Of a stretch of 64,000 bases of DNA, positions 49,901 to 60,444 are shown in pieces (the stretch's first letter is position 1; each line of letters begins with the position of its first letter). The DNA lies in the NCBI GenBank assembly GCA_965198115.1, contig OZ240241.1, forward strand, positions 7,584,001 to 7,648,000. The letters run 5' to 3'. Position numbers and translations under genes: made by a program. A model generated the notes under the pieces. The model had not been told where the DNA came from and did not search any database. It saw only the letters and a list, made by a program, of their open reading frames with translations. Origin of the DNA: Candidatus Latescibacterota bacterium. GTDB lineage: Bacteria; Latescibacterota; UBA2968.

Positions 49901-50819
49901 TCAAGCCATCGTCGAGGTCCCCGCCAGCGGCTATGGACGTCTCCGGCTGACCGCATCGGACCGCGACAGCTTCACAGACGACGAAATCGCCACCCTCCGC
50001 GAGTTCTCCGGCGCGGTGGCCCTCGGCTACGCCCGCTACCTCGACATCCGCGAGATCCAGGCCCAGACCGAACGCAAGTCCGCCTTCCTCGCGTCGATGT
50101 CCCACGAGCTCCGCACCCCGATGAATGCCATCAAAGGCTTCACCAACCTCGTCCTTCGTCGGGGTAAAGACGAACTGTCCGAACGCAATCAGGAAAACCT
50201 TCAGAAAGTCTCCCAGTCGTCAGACTACCTCCTCGCGATGATCAACGACCTCCTCGACCTCTCCAAAATCGAAGCCGGTCGCATGGATGTGAACGTCGAA
50301 ACCTTCGACGTCGCCGAACTCGTCCAATCCTGCTGCGACACTGTCAGCCCCCTCGTCAGAGACGGCGTCGCCCTGAACCAGGATATCGACAACAGCATCG
50401 GCGAAGCTCACACGGATCGCGCACGCTTGCAGAACATGATCATCAACCTCTTGTCCAATGCCATTAAGTTCACCGATAGCGGAACGGTTGCTGTGAGCGC
50501 GAACCGGGAACCGAGAACCGAGAACCGGAAACCCGCGGGCGACAGCCCGGATCCCGGCTCGCGGATCTCGGATCACGACCTTGTCATCGCTGTTAGCGAT
50601 ACTGGTAAGGGAATCCCACCCGAGGAGCTCCCCTCCATTTTCGACGAGTATCGCCAGGTGGAAGGACCAGAGAGTGCGATCCAGAAGGGCACCGGATTAG
50701 GACTCTCCATTACGAAGAAATTCGTGGAGCTGCTGGGAGGATCGATCGGCGTTGAAAGCGAGATAGGAAAGGGCACGACGTTTACGATCACGGTCCCGTC
50801 GAAATACGAGAACGGGTGA
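46915..50819 (+). CDS. Sensor histidine kinase: propeller repeats + Y_Y_Y + TM + GAF-like + HisKA/HATPase; frameshift in the C-run at 49354-49359
   Basis: Blade repeats; YQWRLD..GDHRFQVRAVN; the shifted frame gives HAFVVEAPWWRNP plus a TM in frame with FLASMSHELRTPMN, NLLSNAIKFT, DTGKGI, GTGLGL. Confidence 0.85.
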
Positions 50820-50869
50820 GCAGGCGAGCGGGAGAGCAGGCGTGGCAAATTCCTGATGCGCGCCATTTC

Positions 50870-50924
50870 GTAGGACCGACCAGGAGCCTGTCCCGAGCGA
50901 AGTCGAGGGAGGTCGGGAATGACC
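50870..50924 (+). repeat. GTAG-type REP with a family A unit in its loop
   Basis: GTAGGACCGACC-AG [GAGCCTGTCCCGAGCGAAGTCGAGGGA] GGTCGGGAATGACC. Confidence 0.7.
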
Positions 50925-51093
50925 TGTTACACAACGCTCCTACGTCCGGATATCGAGCGCAGACACCACCCTCGCCCCATTGAGGCAGGACCAGTCCTGA
51001 GCAAGGCCGCAGGCTCCATACCGAAGGATAAGTCACGCGACGCTAGACGACCTTTTGTGTCCTGGCGCCGAACAACTCGAAGCAAACGCGCAA

Positions 51094-51883
51094 ATGACTG
51101 AACAACAGAAAATTGACTTCGAAGCCCAGGGCTACCTCATCCTCGAGGACGCTCTCGTCGCATCGGACCTTGATCGCGCACAGGAGGCATTCGACACCGC
51201 CGACCTTGCCGATCTGCCCAACCAGAATCCCCTTTTCATCCATCTGGCCGAACACAGCGGCTTCTTTCCCCTCGTCCACAGAATCATCGGGGACGTCGTG
51301 CAGCTGCGATCGATCGACGGCCACCGCATTGTCCCGGATGATCCAGGTCAGCACTGGAAAAGAGCGACCGCGGGCATGCTCGGCGTCCACCAACCCCTGT
51401 CGACCGTCGGCGTGGACGTCGTCCTGCATCTCGACGACTCGGCAGAGACCGGCGCGTTGCCTGGTCGCTGTTCCGGGCAGCCATCGATTCCGAACGGAAC
51501 TTCCGCTTCCTGATGTGACTTCGATCGAGGAGATGGCGCATCACGTCACCCTGCGTGCGAGTGCAGGCACCGCCATCCTTTATCACACCAACATCTGGAA
51601 AGCCCACACGCCGAACCAAAGCGAAAGCGCGCAGCGCTTCCTCGTCTACAGCTACAACCACTGCTGGATGCGCCAGACGCTTCCCGAACTGTCACCGCAG
51701 GCGCTGGACACCATCACCGCCTCGCACAACCTCAGCCAGCTGTTTGGCATCGGCCCGGACGTGAACGTCGCCTCGGGCTACTGGTCCCGGAGCCTCGAAG
51801 GATACCCCAGCTCAACCGGACTACCCGAACGCAAGTACTCTGAACTGAAAGTCGTTGGCAAAGGGATCAAACCCAACGAATAG
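51094..51883 (+). CDS. PhyH-fold protein lacking iron ligands; frameshift near 51450
   Basis: FEAQGY and VPGSHRF present, but WKRA and IWKA replace WHxD and WH. Confidence 0.8.
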
Positions 51884-52110
51884 AAAAGGAAGCGAAACAC
51901 ATAGACTGTCGATGCCGCCTGGCGGCATATGTGTTTGGTGCACTGGAAAGTAGTAATGAACTTTTTGCCCCGGGCCCGAGCGGCGTCGGTTCGAGCCCCT
52001 CGACTGCGCTTGGGATAAACTCCGTCGGAAGTCGAGGGCCTCGAAGTGACCCTGTGTTGTTGTTCCTCTACAGAGTGTAAACTACGCACCACGACAACAG
52101 GTAAAGGTCT

Positions 52111-52833
52111 ATGACTCCATCTGAAGCAAAACGCCAATACGACGCGCAAGGCTATGTCCTCATCCGTGGCGCGCTCCAGGGAGATGAACTGAAACGCGTG
52201 CAGGACGCCTTCGAGCGCGCACACGAAAAGGATTCCCTCAGGGATATCCTCAACCAGGACGACGTCTTCGTCGACGTTGTCGACCACCCGGTATTCCTGC
52301 CCATCGTCAGGGCGATTGTCGGGGATGACGCCCAACTGAGATATGGGCGTGGCGGCCTCATCAAGGCGAACAGCGATTCGGGTTCAGGCTGGCACTGCGA
52401 TTTGTCGAGCATCGGAGGCATCTACCTCCCCGATTCCATCATCATGACCAAGCTGTTCACCTACCTCGACACGGTACCGGAAGACGGCGCGTGTCTCGCC
52501 TGCGTGCCTGGCAGCCATCGCTTCGGAATGGGCCATCCCCTGCCCGACCTGCCTGACCACGAAGACATGCCCCACCACGTGAAAATGGTCGTCCAGGCCG
52601 GCGATGCTGTTCTCATGAGCGGCTACACCTGGCACGCGCGGTTTCACAATCGAAGCGACATCCCACGCAAGGTATTGGAATACTCCTACATCCACTCGTG
52701 GATGAAGACGCAATACGAATTCAGTGATTTTTCCGAACACGTCCAATCGTTGATCCTGGCGTCACACAATCGTCGGCAGCTCTTCGGTGTCGCCGAACCC
52801 GGCGTAACCGACTACGAACGACGTCTTGCGTAG
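52111..52833 (+). CDS. PhyH family Fe(II)/2OG oxygenase
   Basis: YDAQGY, WHCD, VPGSHRF, TWHA, PRK. Confidence 0.92.
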   Translation: MTPSEAKRQYDAQGYVLIRGALQGDELKRVQDAFERAHEKDSLRDILNQDDVFVDVVDHPVFLPIVRAIVGDDAQLRYGRGGLIKANSDSGSGWHCDLSSIGGIYLPDSIIMTKLFTYLDTVPEDGACLACVPGSHRFGMGHPLPDLPDHEDMPHHVKMVVQAGDAVLMSGYTWHARFHNRSDIPRKVLEYSYIHSWMKTQYEFSDFSEHVQSLILASHNRRQLFGVAEPGVTDYERRLA

Positions 52834-52889
52834 CGTCGCTTTCCTCAATCGGCCACGGCCAAAAAGTCCGTCAACGCTCGACCGTCCGC

Positions 52890-52917
52890 CCCCTCGACTC
52901 CGCTCGGGGCAGGCTCT
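52890..52917 (-). repeat. Family A unit
   Basis: CCCCTCGACTCCGCTCGGGGCAGGCTC, the reverse complement of the 50884 unit; related units at 43366, 50992 and 51995. Confidence 0.75.
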
Positions 52918-53041
52918 TCGAAGCAACCTGCGCACAGTTAGGTATTGACTCTGCTTTCGATAGAACGATGAGGTCACTCAGGGTGAACGGTGGCTGGCCG
53001 TCCCACCTCACTTCCCAATTTCCTGATTCCCTATTTCCCTA

Positions 53042-54067
53042 ATGGTCCTCAACGAACTCACTGTCTACGTCGACCGTACCCAGGCTCAGCTCGGCAACTG
53101 CCCGTCCGCCGTCGTCGCCAGTAGCGGCAACGAGATCCTCCTCGAATCCTACTCGAGCGGCGAAGGTTCGCCGTGCGGCGAAGTCACGCCCGATTCCCTC
53201 TGGCAACTGGCTTCGGCCACCAAGACCTACATTTCAGCCTTATTGTTGAACCTCAGCTATCAGAATGTGCTGAATCTCGACGATCCGGTCGTTCGCCACC
53301 TGCCCGAATTCTGCGAGAAGGGGGACAACGCATTCGATCCTGAGCTGGTCACGGTTCGCCACCTGGCCACGCACACATCGGGTGTTAACATCGAACCACC
53401 GGAAGACAGATCGACCGAGCCCAATCTGGCGACAGCCGAAATCGTGGACGAACCGGGCAAGGTCTTCACGTACGCATGGCCCGGTTTGCACACGCTGCAG
53501 CGCCTGATCGAAGCCGCAACCAACGATTGTTTTCCACACGTCCTCTACGACCACGTGCTCGATCCACTCGGTTTGACACAGAGTCGGTATTACTATGACT
53601 ATGATCCGGCACGCCCGATGCTCTCGTGGGATCCGATCGACCCCGCCGACCCGGGCAAGTCCTTCGTCCTCGCCGAGCGAGGCCTGCACCCGCACTACGG
53701 ACTGTTCGTAACAGCACGCGAAGCCAACCGCTTCGGTCAGCTCTGGTTGGGTGATGGTGAATTCGAGGGGCGGTGCTACTGGACATCTACGCTCAAGCAA
53801 GAGGCTCTGACGCACTACACCACGCGCCCGAGCGACAACGGAAAATACGGTCTTCTGCTCTGGCTGTTCGATGATGTGGACGGCCTCGTCATTTCAGGCG
53901 CCGGCTCGAAAGTCACGGCCGTCTCACTTGCCACCGGAGGCGTCGTCACCGTCCTCCGTTTGCCGCAGAAGCCCAAGGATCCCGATTACAACTTCTACGA
54001 TGACAAGGTGGAATTGCTGCGATTTGCAGAACGGATTGGGACGGAGGCAGGGCGAGAATTTTCATAA
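53042..54067 (+). CDS. Serine hydrolase, beta-lactamase family
   Basis: LASATK (SxxK), LDDPV..LP, VRHLATHTSG, PG..FTY, PLG. Confidence 0.88.
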   Translation: MVLNELTVYVDRTQAQLGNCPSAVVASSGNEILLESYSSGEGSPCGEVTPDSLWQLASATKTYISALLLNLSYQNVLNLDDPVVRHLPEFCEKGDNAFDPELVTVRHLATHTSGVNIEPPEDRSTEPNLATAEIVDEPGKVFTYAWPGLHTLQRLIEAATNDCFPHVLYDHVLDPLGLTQSRYYYDYDPARPMLSWDPIDPADPGKSFVLAERGLHPHYGLFVTAREANRFGQLWLGDGEFEGRCYWTSTLKQEALTHYTTRPSDNGKYGLLLWLFDDVDGLVISGAGSKVTAVSLATGGVVTVLRLPQKPKDPDYNFYDDKVELLRFAERIGTEAGREFS

Positions 54068-54082
54068 TTTCCTAATTTCCCA

Positions 54083-55102
54083 ATGTCCTCAAACCTCTGT
54101 TCCGACCTCGCTCGCGTTCCTCTCTGCAGCGTCCTCCCCACGCCACTCGAGGAGGCCCCTCGTCTGTCCAAGGCCCTCGGCGAAATCCGGATCCTCGTCA
54201 AGCGCGAGGACCTCACCGGACTGGCGACCGGCGGGAACAAAATCCGAAATCTCGAATACATCTTCGGGGACGTCCGTGAGCAGAGATGCGACACCGTCAT
54301 CACGACCGCCGGCGTTCAATCCAACATGTGTCGAGCCACGGCTGCCGCCACCAGCAGGTTGGGCATGGGGTGCATCCTCCTGTTGCGAGGATCGGGTAAC
54401 GAAGCCGAGCAGGGCAACCTGCTCCTCGATCGTCTTCTCGGCGCCGACGTCCGTTTCATCCCCACGTTGGATCCCTACGACAATCGGGTCACGGGTTGGC
54501 TCGACGAGGTGAAGCAGGAGCTGGAATCACGGGGCCGCCGCCCATACATCCTCCATCTCACGGGCATCACGTCCACGCTCGCCACCTGCGCCTACGTCGA
54601 TGGCGCCGAGGAACTCGCCGGCCAATTCGCTTCCTTCGACGTCGTGCCCGATTGGCTGTATGTGACGGTCGGTGCGGGCATCACGATGGCCGGTCTCGTG
54701 CTCGGGTTCAAACACCTCGGTGTGGAGACCCGCGTGGTCGGCGTGAGCGCGAACTCGAGCACCGATTTCCTGAACAATCGCATCGCGGACTATGCAAACA
54801 ACGCCGCTGCCCTGCTGGGGTTGGATACTCGGGTCACCTCGGATGATTTCGACGTGTTCGATGAGTACATCGGCCCTGGCTACGGCGAGACCTATCCCGA
54901 GGCCGTCTCGACCATCCGATTCGTTGCCCGAGAGGAGGGGCTCCTTCTCGACCCGGTTTACACGGGCAAGTGCATGACCGCCCTGCGTGACCAGATCGCC
55001 GTGGGCAACATCCGTGACGATCAGACCGTCGTATTCGTCCATTCAGGCGGCGCACCAAACCTGTTTGCACAAGCCGAACGCATAGCCGATATCACAACGT
55101 GA
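54083..55102 (+). CDS. D-cysteine desulfhydrase / ACC deaminase family PLP enzyme
   Basis: PTPL, KREDLTG..GGNKIR.LE, QSN.CR, GNLLLD, EGLLLDPVYTGK, VHSGG. Confidence 0.92.
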   Translation: MSSNLCSDLARVPLCSVLPTPLEEAPRLSKALGEIRILVKREDLTGLATGGNKIRNLEYIFGDVREQRCDTVITTAGVQSNMCRATAAATSRLGMGCILLLRGSGNEAEQGNLLLDRLLGADVRFIPTLDPYDNRVTGWLDEVKQELESRGRRPYILHLTGITSTLATCAYVDGAEELAGQFASFDVVPDWLYVTVGAGITMAGLVLGFKHLGVETRVVGVSANSSTDFLNNRIADYANNAAALLGLDTRVTSDDFDVFDEYIGPGYGETYPEAVSTIRFVAREEGLLLDPVYTGKCMTALRDQIAVGNIRDDQTVVFVHSGGAPNLFAQAERIADITT

Positions 55103-55713
55103 ACTTCCAGCAACTCAACCGAAAAATCCACACGTATACAGGTCTATTCTTTCTACTGTCGATCTGCCTGTTCGCCACGAGCGGATTCATGCTCAACCAT
55201 CGATGGGCGATCTGGGAATACTGGTCCAAGCGAGTTGTGACGGAGCACGACATATCGGTCACCCTCCTCGATGAAGACTCGAACCTCGACGTTGCTCGGA
55301 CGGTTCTGAGACAGCTGGACATCGACGGTGAAATCCATTTTCTGAAAGTCGACGCCGAGTCGGGACGATTCGAGATCAAGACCACGCGACCTGGTTTGAA
55401 AACGCGCGTCGTGCTCGATACGGCCACCGGAGAAGGAACCCTCACCACGACCGAGCTCAACGCCTGGGAGCTGTTGCCATCGATGCACCTCATGTCCGGT
55501 CTCCACAGCAACCTGCCTGACAAGAAGAACTGGGGCTGGACTCGGGCGTGGTCGTTGATCATGGACTTCACCGCCGTCGCCATGCTGGTTCTGGCCGCGA
55601 GTGGAGTCTACATGTGGATCGGCCTCAAGTCCGAACGCAGGGTCGGTCTCGTCGTGCTCGAAAGCGGGGCACTGGTCTTCGTCATCGTCTTCTGGTTCCT
55701 GGTAGAATTCTGA
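55099..55713 (+). CDS. PepSY-associated TM helix protein
   Basis: RKIHTYTGL..F..SGFMLNH, MH...G, W....D, SGVYMW. Confidence 0.75.
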   Translation: MNFQQLNRKIHTYTGLFFLLSICLFATSGFMLNHRWAIWEYWSKRVVTEHDISVTLLDEDSNLDVARTVLRQLDIDGEIHFLKVDAESGRFEIKTTRPGLKTRVVLDTATGEGTLTTTELNAWELLPSMHLMSGLHSNLPDKKNWGWTRAWSLIMDFTAVAMLVLAASGVYMWIGLKSERRVGLVVLESGALVFVIVFWFLVEF

Positions 55714-55723
55714 GCGGAAACAG

Positions 55724-56590
55724 ATGAAGCGCACCCACACATTCTCACCCGACACGCCGCCCGCTTGTCGACTCGGCCTGGCCACGCGAGGGAACACCCA
55801 TCTCGACCCCGGCGACGTCCACTGGGCAGTCGAGCGCGGTGTCAACTACCTCAACTGGTGCGGACGTCCCGATGGTCTGAGCAAAGCCGTCTCCGAAATG
55901 GGAGCGAGCCGCGATCGGATCGTCCTGGCTTGGCAGATTCAATCTTCGTCGGAAGACGGCGCTCGACGCGAGCTGGACGATGCACTCGACGAGTTGAAAA
56001 CCGAAACCATCGACATCGCTACGCTCTATTACGTCGAATCCGAATCCGAGTGGTGTCGCCATGCCACCAAAGGCGGAGCCTACACGGCACTCGCAAAAGC
56101 GAAGGAAGAAGGCGCTCTCCGGATGATCGGTCTCACGAGCCATCAGCGCGCCATGGCCGCCTCGATCGCTGCCGGCGAGATCTTGCCGGACGTGGCTGAT
56201 CGGGATGGAAGACTCGACCCTGCAAGACCGCTCGACATGCTGATGCTTCGCTACAACGCCGCACATCGAGGGGCCGAACGCGACGTCTTCCCGATCACCG
56301 ATCCCATCGATCTGCCCGTCGTCGTGTATACGTGTCTTCGCTGGGGCGCGCTATCCCAATCCACCGCCGCCGACCCACCCGGCTTCGTCCCACCAGATGC
56401 CAAGGAGTGGTATCGTTTCTGTCTCGCCAACCCTTCCGTCGCCGTGGCGATCGCCGCACCCGACGGCCGGGAGGAGCTCGAGCACGATTTTTCGCTATTG
56501 GACGACTGGCGCAATCCGACCCCCGAGGAATTCGACATCCTGCGCAGCCACGGCGATCGCGTCTACGAACACGCGGGCAGTTTTCCGTAA
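55724..56590 (+). CDS. Aldo/keto reductase family protein
   Basis: A.ERGVNY, L..LKTETIDI, K.EG..R.IG.TSH.R, RYNAAHRGAE. Confidence 0.82.
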   Translation: MKRTHTFSPDTPPACRLGLATRGNTHLDPGDVHWAVERGVNYLNWCGRPDGLSKAVSEMGASRDRIVLAWQIQSSSEDGARRELDDALDELKTETIDIATLYYVESESEWCRHATKGGAYTALAKAKEEGALRMIGLTSHQRAMAASIAAGEILPDVADRDGRLDPARPLDMLMLRYNAAHRGAERDVFPITDPIDLPVVVYTCLRWGALSQSTAADPPGFVPPDAKEWYRFCLANPSVAVAIAAPDGREELEHDFSLLDDWRNPTPEEFDILRSHGDRVYEHAGSFP

Positions 56591-56699
56591 ACCACTCACG
56601 ATCTGAAGGCAGATCCTGCCGGTTGTCATCAGTTGGCGTATATTTGTTGTGTAACATCGGTGAGATTCCACGCTCAGTTTTCAAGACCGGAGCTGCACC

Positions 56700-58737
56700 G
56701 TGCCCGAAATCACCATCTCAGAAGATGGCCTTCAGGCCACTGTCGCGAGTGTCGGTCCCCGTACGACCGCCGACGAAATCATAGAAGCACTGAACGAGGC
56801 CGGTCACCGATGGTAGGCAGACGAGCGCGATCGTCGCCGCCGTATCGGAAGCGGGCGAATCCGGCAAACCGGCAACCGATGTCCTCGTCGCCCAGGGCAC
56901 ACCCCCTCGCTTCACAGTCCCTCCGCAACTCGTACATAAACCACGGGGAACGGAAGAGACCCTACCCTCGCTGAAAAACTTCAAACAGATGCTCGAAGTC
57001 GAGCGACCCGAGGAAGTTCTCAAAGCCGCAAAAGGAGTCGAAGTGCTGGCCGTGGTGGAGGGCGATCTTCTTGCCGAGAAGGTGGAGGGCGAGTTAGAAC
57101 CCGGCAAATCGGTGACCGGGGCGGAGATCACCTCCATAGGCGATGATCAATTGTCACCCCAGTTCACACCCGGGCCGGGTGTCCAGGTCGGTTCTGATGG
57201 GTCCGAATTCACCGCCAAATGCACAGGCTACGCGGGCATTCTGGACGGGCAGGTAACCGTCCTGCCTCCCATCTGGGTGTCTCCCGATAACATGGTCGCC
57301 GCCTACGTTCATCGGAAAAGGATCGCTGGATCCGCGGACTACACGCGGGATGAAATCTCCAACGCGCTGGTCGCAGCCGGGGTCAAGGTCGGCATCGTCG
57401 AGGAACGGCTCGACGCGCTGGGCAAGAGCATCGAGGAGGGAACCGTGAAGAAGGTCCTGGTTCCCATGGCCGCTGGAAAGTTCCCGAAGAAACCTGAGAA
57501 TGCCGTAGCGGAATTCACGTTCCCCTACGAATCGCAGTCCGGCGCCGTGCACAAGGATGGGTCCATCGATCTGAAAGAACGGGAGGGCTTCCCGTCCGTT
57601 GCCGAGGGAGATCTCCTCGTCTCATCTACCCCCGCCGTCGAGGGAAAGCCGGGGTCGACCGTAATGGGGCGCGAAATCGATGTCGAGGGTCCGGTGCGAG
57701 TGGAGCTTGTGGATGGAGAGAACGTCCGACTGGAGGGAGAAGGAGACGCCCAAAAGGTCTTCTCGGAAATCAGCGGCGGGGTCAGCGTACAAAAAACGGA
57801 ATCGACCACCGATGAGGGGTCGGTCATTCAGTACACCCTCTCGGCCAGAGAGGTCGCACAGATTGTGGGCAACGTCGACTACGAAACGGGCAATATCGAC
57901 TACCAGGGCAACGTTGAGATCAAAGGCACTGTCCTGAGTGGCTTCAGTGTGAAGTCAACAGGAGACGTCGTTGTTCTCGAGAGTGTAGAGAATGCCGCCG
58001 AGATCGAAGCCGGCGGAGACGTGACCGTCAAGCAGGGCATCGTGGGTGAGGACACGAAGATCGTCGCGGAGGGTGGCGTCAATGCCAAGTTCATTCAAGA
58101 TGCCACCGTTGTCGCCCGAGGTGATGTGGTTGTCGACAGCTACATCCGTACCGCCAATGTGCAGACGGAAACCGCGGTGAATATCACGGGAGGGAGTGCC
58201 TCTGGTGGTATCATGGGAGGAGAAACGTGGGCCCTGAAATCCATCGTTTCCAAGAACATCGGTGCCGAAGGCACGGCTGCGACACTTGTGGCCGTCGGTG
58301 TCCTGCCCACGCTTTTCGACGAGTATAACAAGAAGCGAGAAGAAGCAGAGAAGGCGCATGACTCCAGGCAGGCATTGCTGAAGTCGCTCGGAATCGAGGC
58401 CCTGACCAAAAAGGCAATGGAGCAGGTCGTCGCGAAGAACCCGGCGAAGAAGAAGGAGATCATGCGTTACCTCAATCTGGCATCGGACGCTTCCAAGACC
58501 GAAAAAGCCTGCCGGGAAGAGATGGCGGTGCTCTCTGGAAAAATGGAGGACAGCGCGAAGGACGCCCACATCGACGTCACGACGACGGCCTTCCACAAGA
58601 TCCGCATCCGCATCGGAGATGCTGAAACCGTGCTGAACGACAACCTGAGCGGCGTCAGGTTTCGGTTGAACAGAGGTGACGACGAAGAAGGCGTCGGATG
58701 GGCCAGTTTGACGGAATCGGATAAGGACGAAGAGTAA
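56700..58737 (+). CDS. fapA: FapA/DUF342 family protein; frameshift near 56800
   Basis: DGSIDLKE, GNVDYETGNIDY.GNVEIKG.V.SGF.V, AKFIQ, IMGG; upstream MPEITISEDGLQA..VLVAQGTPP joins by a frameshift. Confidence 0.85.
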
Positions 58738-58895
58738 ACTTTCGCGACTGTGCCCGCACATCGAGCCCTCTGCAGCTTTCTTGCGGAGGGCCTCTCTAAT
58801 GTCTACCGTCAAGCGAGCAAACCATTGCAGAACCACTATCACCCCGAGAGGCTACTGAGCCACCGGGATGAATACCTTTCGCCGAATCGTGAGCT

Positions 58896-59645
58896 ATGCT
58901 CATCACGAAAACAGAAAGCAGCGCCCTGCTCATACTCATCCTGCTCGTGCTCTACATCTTAGAATGCCTGTTCCCTTACTACGACACGTTCAAGCATAAA
59001 ACACGACATGCCGCTCGAAACATCGGCATCATTGCGTTCAATGCCATCGTCACCAACCTTGCGCTGATGCCCCTCATCATCCTGGCCACATCCGGCTCCT
59101 GGGGCCTCTTCGCCCGGTGGCAATTCGATTGGCGCGTCGAACTGGTCCTGACCGTCCTCCTGATCGACATCCTTACGTATGGGATGCACGTCCTGTTTCA
59201 CATCACTCCCTTTCTGTGGCGTTTCCACCGAATGCACCATTCCGACACGGAAATGGATGCGACCTCGGGCGCACGTTTCCACATCGGCGAGCATACCATC
59301 AGTGTCTGTGTTCGATGTGGACTCTACGTGGTTTGTGCAATGAAGCTCGAATACATCATCGTCTACGAAACCGTGTTCCTCGCCAACGTATTCTTCCACC
59401 ACGCGAACCTGTCGATCGGAACCAGGGTCGACAGACTCTATCGGATCCTTCTCACGTCGCCTGATATGCATAAGGTGCATCACTCGAACATCCGGTCCGA
59501 GCACGACTCGAACTACACGAGCCTGTTGTCCGTGTGGGACCGAATCTTCGGAACGTATCAGTTCGCGGAAAACCCGAAGAACATTACGTATGGAATCAGG
59601 GGACTCGAAGGGGAACAGACGGTCTGGAGGATGGGCAATCGGTGA
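58896..59645 (+). CDS. Sterol desaturase / fatty acid hydroxylase family membrane protein
   Basis: His boxes HVLFH, HRMHH, FHHAN, HKVHH; WDRIFGT. Confidence 0.9.
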   Translation: MLITKTESSALLILILLVLYILECLFPYYDTFKHKTRHAARNIGIIAFNAIVTNLALMPLIILATSGSWGLFARWQFDWRVELVLTVLLIDILTYGMHVLFHITPFLWRFHRMHHSDTEMDATSGARFHIGEHTISVCVRCGLYVVCAMKLEYIIVYETVFLANVFFHHANLSIGTRVDRLYRILLTSPDMHKVHHSNIRSEHDSNYTSLLSVWDRIFGTYQFAENPKNITYGIRGLEGEQTVWRMGNR

Positions 59646-59770
59646 CGGCCAAGCTGATCGGACAGCTGGAGGTTGCGTTGCTGGATTCGCTGGGGCTCAC
59701 GACGCCGATACGCACCGTCCAGCCGACCGATGTTAACACCGATGAAGGATAGACTAACGGGAGAGGCACC

Positions 59771-60440
59771 ATGACACAGAATGAATCCACGCAGATCACG
59801 GGCTGGGGTTTCATAGCAGCCGCGGTGTTGTTCTGGCTGGGATGGATGTTGCTACCGGTCAAGATTGAACCGTTCTTCAAATCGAGCGACTTCGCCGATG
59901 TTTTCGCCCAGTTCCATCTCTGGATCTGGATGTTCCGATTCCATCTGTTCGGTGTCGTGATCGCGGCCGCCTCGCTCGTCGCGCTCGGATCGGTGATCAC
60001 GGAATCGCCTGCTCGCATCTTGATCTGGCCCGGCGTCGCGATCGCCGTCGTCGGGCTGATGGTCGGCGCCTGTGCCGACGCGTTCTATTATCACTTCGGC
60101 GCGTGGGGCGCTCTCGATATGCACGGAAAATCGGCCGAGGCAATCGCAGCCTTCGTCGCGTCACTCGAAGTTTCGACGGAATACGTCACCTGTCTGGTCC
60201 GATTCGGCCGCGTGTCAGGCGGATTCGGAATGTTTTCTGGGATGTGGCCTGATGAAATGGAATGTGCTGCCGAATTACATCGGTGGAGTCGCCGCCCTGA
60301 TCGGTCTGGCGGCCATGGCGCTGACGATGGGTCTACCGGACGATCTTCACCTCTATAAACCAGTCTTCCACCTGCATGCTCTGTGGCTGCTCGCGACCGG
60401 CGTCATCACCCTTCGCTCCGGTATTCGCATCGGTGGATAG
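59771..60440 (+). CDS. Hypothetical multi-pass membrane protein; frameshift near 60235
   Basis: Two overlapping ORFs with continuous TM pattern; SD GGAGAGG. Confidence 0.65.
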
Positions 60441-60444
60441 ATTC

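Noticed and set aside
53042-54067. Bona fide beta-lactamase resistance gene
   Set aside because: YxN and KTG motifs are replaced (YAW, ISG) and there is no signal peptide; it is a generic serine hydrolase.
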